Positions 7,805-15,658 of a stretch of 64,000 nt of DNA are shown piece by piece. Below the pieces are notes generated by a model. It ran no database searches. It was not told the origin of the DNA and worked only from the letters and a program-made list of their open reading frames with translations. Source of the stretch: a virus; the IMG/VR virus record IMGVR_UViG_3300049595_001870, positions 1 to 64,000 of that record; one strand, 5' to 3'. The position numbers and the translations under genes are program-made. Positions within the stretch are counted from its first letter, which is position 1. Each line of letters opens with the position of its first letter.

Positions 7805-8468
7805 TTATCTTTTCCTTCTGAGCCTTGTCCGTTCCGGAGTCTCGGAGGTATTGCGCGCCGGAAAGCAGTACGTCACTGCGGTCCCGCGCGTTACTCAGCA
7901 TTCGGTTGCACGGGCCGCACAGCACGCCGCGCACCTTGCCGGTGGTGTGGCAGTGATCAATGTGCTTCTCCGCCTGTGTGGCGAGCGTGACGCCGCAGAT
8001 TCCACAGTCACATCGGTCGCACAGCTCTTTCGCAGCGTTAAGGTCTAGGCTGTAGACGCTGGCCCGGGTGCGCACGCTGGTGCATTCCCGGCACTCCGAC
8101 CGCAGGCCACCCTTTCGCTTGACATGGATGCAGAACTCTGAGGCGGGCTTTGTGACGCCACAGTCCCGGCAGGTCTTCTCGGACAGCGTGACAGCAAATC
8201 GCACCGTTGCCTTTCGGGCACCGCAGCACGCCTTGCATTGTTTTTGCAGGCCGGTGGCGTTGTGCCGAGCCTTCCAGAACGCACTGGCTGGCAGCGTTTG
8301 CTTGCATGTCATACACGCCTTTTCCGCCACCGCAATCACCGCTGGCTTGGCTCTTGCCGTTTCATTCCGGCAACGCTTGCACGCAGGTTGCAGACCGCTT
8401 CGGCACGGACTGAAATCGTTCAGCAGCTTCCACTGCTGGCACTGCGTGCATCGCTTGCGATCACTCAC
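7797..8468 (-). CDS. Zn-ribbon-repeat endonuclease VII-type (homing) endonuclease
   Basis: Three CxxC...F...CKxC repeats then HIDHCHTTGKVRGVLCGPCN. Confidence 0.85.
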   Translation of the reverse strand: MSDRKRCTQCQQWKLLNDFSPCRSGLQPACKRCRNETARAKPAVIAVAEKACMTCKQTLPASAFWKARHNATGLQKQCKACCGARKATVRFAVTLSEKTCRDCGVTKPASEFCIHVKRKGGLRSECRECTSVRTRASVYSLDLNAAKELCDRCDCGICGVTLATQAEKHIDHCHTTGKVRGVLCGPCNRMLSNARDRSDVLLSGAQYLRDSGTDKAQKEKISA

Positions 8469-8856
8469 ACTGGTTCTCCACGGCCCGGCATCCGGCGGCA
8501 ATCTTGCCCGCCATCGCAGTGTCGATAGGCAGGTTGTCCAGCGGGTAGTGCTGGGCCAGCACCTCCTCAACAGCCTTGTCCAGGCCGGGGTATTTGCCCG
8601 GCAGGGCGGTGCCCCCAGCGGCCAGCCGGAGCGCGTCCGCATAGATGGCGCGCCACACGGCAGTGGTGGGGATCAGCTTGCCACCATCCCGTTCGATGAG
8701 ATCAGCCAGCGAGGCGTAGACGCTGGCGACTCTGGCCCGATCCGCGGAGGAGGCGGAGGCGAGGGCCGTTGCGACGGGGCCGGGTGCGGCCGACCGCTGG
8801 GGGACAAATTGCAGGGCGGCAAACGCTACCGCCGCAGCCAGGAACAGGTGCTTCAC
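8461..8856 (-). CDS. secreted/periplasmic protein
   Basis: Signal peptide MKHLFLAAAVAFAALQ; GTGA overlap. Confidence 0.65.
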   Translation of the reverse strand: MKHLFLAAAVAFAALQFVPQRSAAPGPVATALASASSADRARVASVYASLADLIERDGGKLIPTTAVWRAIYADALRLAAGGTALPGKYPGLDKAVEEVLAQHYPLDNLPIDTAMAGKIAAGCRAVENQCE

Positions 8857-9050
8857 TGGAGTAGAGCTTGCAAGAGCTGCGTGCATGCCTTGCGTACCTC
8901 GGGGCTGGAGCTGGAATCCCTGATGCTCAACACGGCTTCGACTTGCCGCATGCTGTTTGGCTTTGATGCTGGCCATTTGATTCTCGGCAGGTAGAAGTAC
9001 GCCGTCACTGCGGCAACAACGATCAGACTGGCAATCTGCGATGCGGTCAT
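8853..9050 (-). CDS. single-TM small protein
   Basis: IASLIVVAAVTAYFYL. Confidence 0.7.
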   Translation of the reverse strand: MTASQIASLIVVAAVTAYFYLPRIKWPASKPNSMRQVEAVLSIRDSSSSPEVRKACTQLLQALLQ

Positions 9051-9991
9051 AGGATGCGGGCCCCGGGGATGAAGATGGTCACGCCCTCAATGCTGGCGGT
9101 GGCGGTGTAGTTCAAGAGTTTGTGCGGGTCCATCAGACCCCAGCCGTACTCCGGATCCCTGCCCTGCTGCCCAACGTCTCGGCAAGTCTCACTGAGGGCT
9201 TTGACTGCGGCGGCACCGCTGACCTTCTGGCCCGTCTTCTTGGCGTCGGATACCCACAACGCCAGGACTCCGGTGACGAACGGCGCGGACATGCTGGTTC
9301 CGGAGATGGTCGCGTATCCATCCGCGAGCCACGTGCTGGTGATGTCCTGACCAGGAGCGGCAACCACAATCTCCTTGCCCCGAGAGGAGAACTGGCAGAC
9401 GTTGCCATCCTTGTCCACCGCACCCACCGCAATCGTCTCGGTGAATGCCGCGGGATAGTTGACCGCCCCGCCATCATTCCCGGCCGCGCACACAACGATC
9501 ACGCCCTTGGAGGTGATGTGCCGGATCGCGTCATGCACCCTGGCGTCCGGCCGGGAACAGCCGAGCGACATGCACACCAGATCCACCTTGGCCTCGCCCG
9601 CATGGGTGATCGCAGTTGCGACCGCTTCGTTGCTGCCCATGCCCGAGTGACCCAGCACCTTCATGCTGATCAGCTTGGCGCCTGGGGCGATGCCCTTTGC
9701 CAGACCAGACCGGGCACCGATGACGCCCGCTACGTGCGTCCCGTGACCGAGCGTGTCGTAGACATTGGAGTCCGAAGAGAAGTTGCGGTAGTCCACCACC
9801 ACATCCTTGAGCGCGGAGTGTGGCGATACTCCCGAGTCGATCACCGCCACCGTCACGCCCTCGCCCTTGCTGTGCTTCCACAGACCGGGGATCCCGTAGC
9901 TGGCGACAGCCCAATCCACCCCCTCCTGTACCGAATGCGGTACATGCTGGAGATCAACCCGGTACGGAGGGAGGTGGACGAAGTCACTCAT
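9047..9991 (-). CDS. subtilisin-like serine peptidase (S8)
   Basis: VAVIDSG (Asp), HGTHVAG (His), AAGN (oxyanion), SGTSMSAP (Ser). Confidence 0.95.
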   Translation of the reverse strand: MSDFVHLPPYRVDLQHVPHSVQEGVDWAVASYGIPGLWKHSKGEGVTVAVIDSGVSPHSALKDVVVDYRNFSSDSNVYDTLGHGTHVAGVIGARSGLAKGIAPGAKLISMKVLGHSGMGSNEAVATAITHAGEAKVDLVCMSLGCSRPDARVHDAIRHITSKGVIVVCAAGNDGGAVNYPAAFTETIAVGAVDKDGNVCQFSSRGKEIVVAAPGQDITSTWLADGYATISGTSMSAPFVTGVLALWVSDAKKTGQKVSGAAAVKALSETCRDVGQQGRDPEYGWGLMDPHKLLNYTATASIEGVTIFIPGARIL

Positions 9992-10313
9992 CGGGCGACA
10001 GCGCCTTGAGAATGGCGATCAGAATCGGAAGGACGATCTGGATCACGGCCTGCCAGTCCACGCCCATAGCCTGGACCTCGGCACCGAGGGCGAATGCCGA
10101 CACCTCGTCGGTTTCATCCCAGTCGTAGGCCAGCACGCTGGCGGCATCCACGCCCTCCCGCTCAAAGACCGGGATCACCAGCCGGGCGATCTCGTCCACC
10201 ACCTCCCACTGGGAGATGTAGGTGCCGTCCCGGTCGAACTTCTTCGCCACGGCCACCACGGCCAGCAGCAGCTCGCGGTGCTTCAGCAGCCAGCTAATCA
10301 CTTTCACGTTCAT
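9984..10313 (-). CDS. membrane-associated protein
   Basis: Hydrophobic C-terminus VIQIVLPILIAILKAL. Confidence 0.65.
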   Translation of the reverse strand: MNVKVISWLLKHRELLLAVVAVAKKFDRDGTYISQWEVVDEIARLVIPVFEREGVDAASVLAYDWDETDEVSAFALGAEVQAMGVDWQAVIQIVLPILIAILKALSPDE

Positions 10314-10683
10314 TCGCCTGTTCCTCATGGTCCAGAACCGCTATGGCCACAACTGCGTGACCGGCGATATCTAGAAGTGTCTCTCTGATCCGCTCAAACT
10401 GCCCATCGACTATTGCCCCCCGCAGCCCCCCGCAACGGCGAACTTTCTCCCCGATTCGGGCGAGCTGATAAACCCACGGGGTTATACCCTGTTCCGCCAC
10501 TCCGAGAGCGTTATCCAGCGGCCCCTCCTCCCGGCAGCCGTAATATCCACGCTTCCGGGTGAGCAGGGTGTGCAGGGTCTGACAAATCTCCTGGTACGGG
10601 TCACCAAGCTCGCTGCCTTGCGGCCTGCTGTATTCGGCCGTACTCGCTCCAGAAACTGGGATGGTGAAATGGGTCTTCATCAT
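10294..10683 (-). CDS. DUF1599-like (nucleotide-modification-associated) protein
   Basis: LLTRKRGYYG...RIGEKVRR...ETLLDIAGHAVVAI pattern. Confidence 0.65.
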   Translation of the reverse strand: MMKTHFTIPVSGASTAEYSRPQGSELGDPYQEICQTLHTLLTRKRGYYGCREEGPLDNALGVAEQGITPWVYQLARIGEKVRRCGGLRGAIVDGQFERIRETLLDIAGHAVVAIAVLDHEEQANERESD

Positions 10684-10945
10684 GGTCCTCCGTGTCGATT
10701 AGGTACACCGTGCGGGCGTGAGCCCACTCCTCCACAAACGTATCAATCAATCCAACGCGGTCTTGGCTTTCCAAGATGCTGATCACCCCGCGTTCCTCGT
10801 CATCGTCAAAGGTAAAAAACCCGAGATGGTTTTCCATCTTCGCCGCTGGTCGGAGGTAGACCCGGATCGGGTAAGTCACCGGGAACCGCTCCTCCGCCCA
10901 CGCCTTGAGATGCTTGAGCAATCGCTTTTGCCAGTCTTGGGGCAT
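10601..10945 (-). CDS. zincin-like protein with degenerate EEWAH motif
   Basis: IDTFVEEWAHA in place of HExxH; later HHPSFWSEY. Confidence 0.5.
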   Translation of the reverse strand: MPQDWQKRLLKHLKAWAEERFPVTYPIRVYLRPAAKMENHLGFFTFDDDEERGVISILESQDRVGLIDTFVEEWAHARTVYLIDTEDHDEDPFHHPSFWSEYGRIQQAARQRAW

Positions 10946-11231
10946 CGTCCAGCCTCACAATCAGCAGCCAAGGTTTGTTGTTCCTGCGGTGAAGAACGAC
11001 CGGAGCCTTTGGGCCAGCGTCCCGGACGGCCTGATCCATCCACACGTAGGGGTTGCCAGCCTCAACGCGCTTCACCTCTACATGAATGCCCGGCATGCCG
11101 GTGATCACATCCGGGCTTTCCGTTCCACCCGCATATTGCTGGCCTCGCCGCGCGGCTACGCCAAAGACATCAGTCCAGGCACGGGCGGCTTCCCGCTCGC
11201 CTCTTGCACCTTTGGCACGGCTGTCGGTCAT
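10806..11231 (-). CDS. Holliday junction resolvase, archaeal Hjc-type PD-(D/E)XK
   Basis: SRAKGARGERE...SPDV...HVEVKR. Confidence 0.8.
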   Translation of the reverse strand: MTDSRAKGARGEREAARAWTDVFGVAARRGQQYAGGTESPDVITGMPGIHVEVKRVEAGNPYVWMDQAVRDAGPKAPVVLHRRNNKPWLLIVRLDDAPRLAKAIAQASQGVGGGAVPGDLPDPGLPPTSGEDGKPSRVFYL

Positions 11232-11470
11232 TTCCGGATCCTCGCCAGGGGGCCGTTGAAGGAGATGGCATCGATCTCCTTGAGGTCTTCAAACTGCTCG
11301 GACAGGAGACGCACCGCTTCGCCTGGACGCTTCTTGTCCAGCACCTTGGCGTTCTGCCCCACCCAGGTTCCGACCTGACTGGCGAACGCAAAGTCCCTGC
11401 CCTCTCCGAGTGAGGGCCAGAAGAAGGTGAACTTGAAGTTGTTCGTCTTGGCACTGTTCCCGATCAGCAT
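11228..11470 (-). CDS. hypothetical protein
   Basis: Coupled ORF in operon. Confidence 0.6.
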   Translation of the reverse strand: MLIGNSAKTNNFKFTFFWPSLGEGRDFAFASQVGTWVGQNAKVLDKKRPGEAVRLLSEQFEDLKEIDAISFNGPLARIRK

Positions 11471-11838
11471 TGGTCCGGCTCCTCGCTGGCGACCATCGAA
11501 CGCAGGATTTCCAGATAGTGGTCGGGCCTGGACTGGGCGACCCCGCGGTCAATCAGCCACTGGGTCAGGGTTTCACCCGTCTGACGATCCGCCAGATCGC
11601 CCAGCACCCGGCCGTATGAATCGCGGAACCACTCCCAGGTGATGAGGCTCAGTCGCTCGGCGTCGGCGTGGATCTCAATCCAATCCAGGATTTCCTGCCG
11701 CGCCGCACGCTTGCACTTCACCCCTTCCAGGACGAGGTGAACGTGAACGCTGGCCTGGACGGGCGCGCTATACGTGCGGATCAAGATGGTGTCCGGCCGC
11801 GTGACGCGGATCACCTGACAGGTCATGGCTTCCGACAT
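11464..11838 (-). CDS. thermonuclease (SNase)-like OB-fold protein
   Basis: VIRVTRPDTI...DSYGRVLG...WLIDRGVA; some catalytic positions look altered. Confidence 0.65.
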   Translation of the reverse strand: MSEAMTCQVIRVTRPDTILIRTYSAPVQASVHVHLVLEGVKCKRAARQEILDWIEIHADAERLSLITWEWFRDSYGRVLGDLADRQTGETLTQWLIDRGVAQSRPDHYLEILRSMVASEEPDQC

Positions 11839-12224
11839 TGGCCGACGTTGCGCTCGCGCTCCTCTAGGTAGTACGGATCGATGGGCTGCGGGTCGTATCC
11901 CAGATGCTTGCGATGGCGCAACCATGCGAGGAACTCCGGGTCGTAGTGATCGGGATCGGATTCCTTCTTGGCTGTGAGGATCATCCCCTTGGTGATGTCC
12001 GGAAAGTTGCCGTCGATCTTGCCGTTGTGGTACAACCCATGGCAGCGCGCACAGGTTGTTAAAAGATTTCGGCGGTCATGCTTGCGGGCCGAGCCGCCGC
12101 AGATGTGGTGGATCTCCATCCGCCGCCGCATGTCCGACTCCGGCCACCAGCAGATGGCGCAGGATCGAAACTCCGCGGCGAACTCCTGAAACAGGAGCTT
12201 GTCATCTTTAGTTAAACGCGGCAT
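11823..12224 (-). CDS. HNH endonuclease
   Basis: CAIC...EIHHI...RRNLLTTCARCH. Confidence 0.8.
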   Translation of the reverse strand: MPRLTKDDKLLFQEFAAEFRSCAICWWPESDMRRRMEIHHICGGSARKHDRRNLLTTCARCHGLYHNGKIDGNFPDITKGMILTAKKESDPDHYDPEFLAWLRHRKHLGYDPQPIDPYYLEERERNVGQCRKP

Positions 12225-12708
12225 GCACCTTCTCTAGGCATTCCCGAAACACCTCCTCGGTGGCCGCGCCCTTAAAGCCGTTCAGCCCCCAAAGAATCAC
12301 GCGGCAGTTGTCTTTCATGTGGCCGGGCTGCGCGGGATCGATCCGGTCAATCGACGGCATGAATGGGTGCCGCTTTTCGTAGACGAACGGCACGCCAGAA
12401 AACTCGCAGACGCCACGCTCCAGCCGCTCCAGCACCCAGCCAACGTCGATGTCGGACGGGCCTGACTGGATGGCGGAACCAACAAGGCTGTACGCCTTTG
12501 CGGCAAGCGGATTGTTTTGCCGCCATTCCCGCTCCGTAGCGGCGCGGCGATCCGGATTGCCTACGCTCCACTCGCGAGCGGACTGGCACGCACAGGCTCG
12601 GCAATACGTGTGGAGCCTCCCGTCCTTGCGCACGGAGAAATCGCTCACCGGCAGAACCAAGCCGCATCCGTGCCTGCCGCTGCACCGCTTCGTAGCAATG
12701 ACGATCAT
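12208..12708 (-). CDS. HNH-like (homing) endonuclease with Zn-ribbon N-terminus
   Basis: C..C...YCRAC; CEFSGVPF...PSIDRIDP...DNCRVI...NGFKG. Confidence 0.7.
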   Translation of the reverse strand: MIVIATKRCSGRHGCGLVLPVSDFSVRKDGRLHTYCRACACQSAREWSVGNPDRRAATEREWRQNNPLAAKAYSLVGSAIQSGPSDIDVGWVLERLERGVCEFSGVPFVYEKRHPFMPSIDRIDPAQPGHMKDNCRVILWGLNGFKGAATEEVFRECLEKVHAAFN

Positions 12709-13141
12709 CCGTGATCACCGATCTACCCCTCCAGGTAGTGCCGCTAGTGTACGGCTGTTCCATTCACCAGTCCAGAGTTTCTCCTTCTTCTAATCAAACC
12801 TCAAGCAACTTCATGTCTCGGATGCGGCAGCCCATGTTCGCGGTTTGAAGGCTCGGTCAAGGCGCACGGCGACCAATCCCCAGCCGTGGCTAGGGTTGGC
12901 CGCCGCCTTGTCCGCAGTTCGTTAGGACGGTCTGAAGGCGCCCAGCATGCCACCGGAGGCTACTGAGTTGCGACCTGCTTATCGGGTGCATCCGGTCACC
13001 CGTGTGCTTGAGCCCTGTCGCTTGCGGCTGGCCCCCTCGCTTGCAGCACAATCCCTTCTGGTTGCGAGGTAATACGGAGGCGCGCCAGAAGGTTAATCCC
13101 AACCCGCGCCGCCGATCCAAACATCTCCTGTCGCTGGCAGT

Positions 13142-13357
13142 CTACGCGCGAAAGCAATCTGAGTCCTGTGCGGCGGATCGCCTCTCCAGCTCCGACTTCA
13201 GCGCCGAGATCACTGCGTCCCTGGCCTGCAAGTCCCTTTGGAGGGAGTCGATTTGTTCCAGCAGCCGACCGGCGTACAGACTCATCTGCTCTGCCGAGCG
13301 GTGTGCCGCCCGCAGTCTAGCGATGTAGTCGTAATCCCGCCGCCGCTTCTGCGCCAT
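13142..13357 (-). CDS. small coiled-coil protein
   Basis: Heptad pattern; promoter-like motif directly upstream. Confidence 0.65.
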   Translation of the reverse strand: MAQKRRRDYDYIARLRAAHRSAEQMSLYAGRLLEQIDSLQRDLQARDAVISALKSELERRSAAQDSDCFRA

Positions 13358-13417
13358 ATTTACTATTGCCCGCCAGAGGCCCAAATTTGACCGCTGTGGG
13401 GTGGTGAATCTGGGGGT

Positions 13418-14056
13418 CTAAACTGGGTGGTCGGCCCCCGGATCGGCCGCCCCAGGGCCATCCTGGGCCTCATAGATGTAATTGGTATCCAGGCTGGCAT
13501 CGAACCCGGCATCCTCGGCCTGCCAGACCTCCTCCTGGACGGTGTACTGGCGGGACCGGGGGTCGGGGTTCCGGCCGATAAAGTACCCGTCCAGCCAAGC
13601 GATCCGGTTGGTGGGCAGGGCGCACAGATTCCCGTCATCCAGGGCCAGAACGTGGGCACATTTGTTTTGCTCGGGGAGGTGGGTGAACCCCGGCCCAGAG
13701 TCATCGGGGAGCCAGTCCACAGTAAAGAGATACACCCCGGCCTCGGTGGAGTATCTCAGGCGGCAGTTGGCCTGATGGTCCCGCAGGTAGTTGTAACAAT
13801 GGACTATCGGCCGCGCTGTAAAGCAGTCCCATAATTGCAGCTCACCGACCATCCTTACGGGAGCGTCAGGTTGTAACGCCAAGGCGTGGATCGGGACGCC
13901 ACGGTAGTGAGCCCCCGACTTGAGCATCACATGGAACGCCAGCGCCCGCCCGGGGTAGGACTGGACGGCAAAGGCGTATCCCTCCTCCACGCCCTGCTGG
14001 CGAGAGATGTATGGGAGCCGGACCCAGCACCGGAAGAATGGGATGTCGGCGTTCAT
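13418..14056 (-). CDS. conserved phage hypothetical protein
   Basis: GRALAFHVML..GA.Y..VPIHAL...WDCF pattern recalled from aquatic phages. Confidence 0.7.
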   Translation of the reverse strand: MNADIPFFRCWVRLPYISRQQGVEEGYAFAVQSYPGRALAFHVMLKSGAHYRGVPIHALALQPDAPVRMVGELQLWDCFTARPIVHCYNYLRDHQANCRLRYSTEAGVYLFTVDWLPDDSGPGFTHLPEQNKCAHVLALDDGNLCALPTNRIAWLDGYFIGRNPDPRSRQYTVQEEVWQAEDAGFDASLDTNYIYEAQDGPGAADPGADHPV

Positions 14057-14274
14057 TTCAGTCGCCCCAGCAGCCCCCGCAGCGTGGCGGCCTGTCGCGC
14101 CTCAAACTCGCCATCCCCGAGGGCCGCCTCTGCGTCCAGCGTTGCGACGGCCCATTGGATCGCCTCCCGCTCCTCGTCGGTGAGCGTGAACGGCGTCAGC
14201 GTGCAGTGGTGCGTCACGGTGCCTGTGACGTATGGGCAGGGCTTATCGTCCATATGTTCCTCCCCTAGCTTCAT
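14053..14274 (-). CDS. hypothetical protein
   Basis: ATGA overlap; TLTDEEREAI. Confidence 0.6.
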   Translation of the reverse strand: MKLGEEHMDDKPCPYVTGTVTHHCTLTPFTLTDEEREAIQWAVATLDAEAALGDGEFEARQAATLRGLLGRLK

Positions 14275-14414
14275 TTCACTGCCATCCAGAGGCCGATGTT
14301 GCTGACGCTGTATCCCATGTAGGCCAGGGCCATGCCGTCGTTCCCTTTCATGAGCTGCTCCCAAGCCACGTAGGCGTAGATGCAGCCGGTGATGATGATC
14401 AACGTCCCGCTCAT
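14271..14414 (-). CDS. 47-aa two-TM membrane protein
   Basis: Hand-translated MSGTLIIITGCIYAYVAWEQLMKGNDGMALAYMGYSVSNIGLWMAVK. Confidence 0.7.
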   Translation of the reverse strand: MSGTLIIITGCIYAYVAWEQLMKGNDGMALAYMGYSVSNIGLWMAVK

Positions 14415-14417
14415 GCC

Positions 14418-15038
14418 TCACCCCATGTGCTTACGACTCTTGCCTGGAGGCGGCGTAACTCGTCCTCCAGCGTCCGGATGCGTTTTCGCAACGTAGCGTT
14501 CTCGTTCCGCAACCTCTCCACCTCCGCTGACGAAGGCTCCGGTTTCTCCATCGACTAAATCCAAGAAATGGTGCGGATAGATCAAATCAATCAGTTGCTG
14601 GGCTGGTCGGAGATGCCCCTTCGGCGCCACCAGGACCGGCACCTCATGGCCCCGCCCGCGGTCGAACGTAGTCGTCTCTGTCCATGTCTCGTCACGGTCC
14701 AGGACAGACAGCCAGACCCACTGGCCGGTCGGCTTGGAAAGGTAGACGTAGGCGAAGTGACCGAAACTCTCACGGGCAAGGCCCCGACAGTCATCCACAA
14801 AGACGGTGTCGTACGGGTAATCCTCCGGAGAGGTGAAGGACAGGGAGCGTTCCTTGATCTCCACCGACAAGAGGAGGCAAGCATCTGGCGATTCAACATG
14901 GTCGTTAACCTTGCAGTGTTTCTTGATGCGAAGTTTCAGTCCGTGAGCCACCGCCCGGCCGATAGCCCGAAGGCTATCGACCCAGCGGCGTTCAGCGTCT
15001 TGACCAGCCTGAAGCGAGGATCGAAACGAACGATGCAT
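14418..15038 (-). CDS. PD-(D/E)XK nuclease-like protein
   Basis: GQDAE...SPDA...VEIKER. Confidence 0.55.
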   Translation of the reverse strand: MHRSFRSSLQAGQDAERRWVDSLRAIGRAVAHGLKLRIKKHCKVNDHVESPDACLLLSVEIKERSLSFTSPEDYPYDTVFVDDCRGLARESFGHFAYVYLSKPTGQWVWLSVLDRDETWTETTTFDRGRGHEVPVLVAPKGHLRPAQQLIDLIYPHHFLDLVDGETGAFVSGGGEVAERERYVAKTHPDAGGRVTPPPGKSRKHMG

Positions 15039-15543
15039 AGCGGCCATCCCAGGCGTAGTGACGCATCCCGCCCTGCGTCGGGGCACTAAGTGGACGCCCG
15101 CTCAAGGCGTGCGACCACGTTCTGTCTCGCTTGGCCCTGATCTCAGCGGCCCTGCGATACAGTTCTTCGGGGCACGGATCGCCGGGGCAGAGCCCCTCGT
15201 CCAGGTATTCCAGGTGGTCCGCAATCGGCTCCGACTTGCGGAGCTTCTTGGCGTCGGCCCTCACCCGGGTAGCCCATTCCGTTGGGCGGCCCCACATTTC
15301 GGCAATGTCTGCGTCCTCCAGCCCCCAGTCCTTCATGGCAACCAGGGCGAGCCGCTCCGGGCTCGGGATGTAGCCCGAGACTCGCAGCAAACGCACCACG
15401 CCACGGCACTGAGGGAATGAGAGCTTCATCCTCTCAGCCACGCGGGAGATCGCTTCGCGGTTGACGATCACGCTTCGGTGCAGCTCGTCGGCGTGAGCCA
15501 AAGCATGACGCAAGACGAATCCACAATCGCTTCCAGAACCCAT
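14992..15543 (-). CDS. hypothetical protein, possible HTH
   Basis: LEDADIAEMWGRPTEW resembles an HTH. Confidence 0.5.
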   Translation of the reverse strand: MGSGSDCGFVLRHALAHADELHRSVIVNREAISRVAERMKLSFPQCRGVVRLLRVSGYIPSPERLALVAMKDWGLEDADIAEMWGRPTEWATRVRADAKKLRKSEPIADHLEYLDEGLCPGDPCPEELYRRAAEIRAKRDRTWSHALSGRPLSAPTQGGMRHYAWDGRYASFVSILASGWSRR

Positions 15544-15658
15544 GTCGCTTTTCCTCCTTGATGAACGCCTTGGGGAAGGCGTGCGAAACCTCAAACACCT
15601 CCGTGATTTGCTGGACCGTATCCTCCAGCAGTAAGTCAGACCGCTTTTGTGAGTTCAC
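15434..15658 (-). CDS. hypothetical protein
   Basis: Fills gap after helicase; heavy overlap with next gene. Confidence 0.4.
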   Translation of the reverse strand: MNSQKRSDLLLEDTVQQITEVFEVSHAFPKAFIKEEKRHGFWKRLWIRLASCFGSRRRAAPKRDRQPRSDLPRG

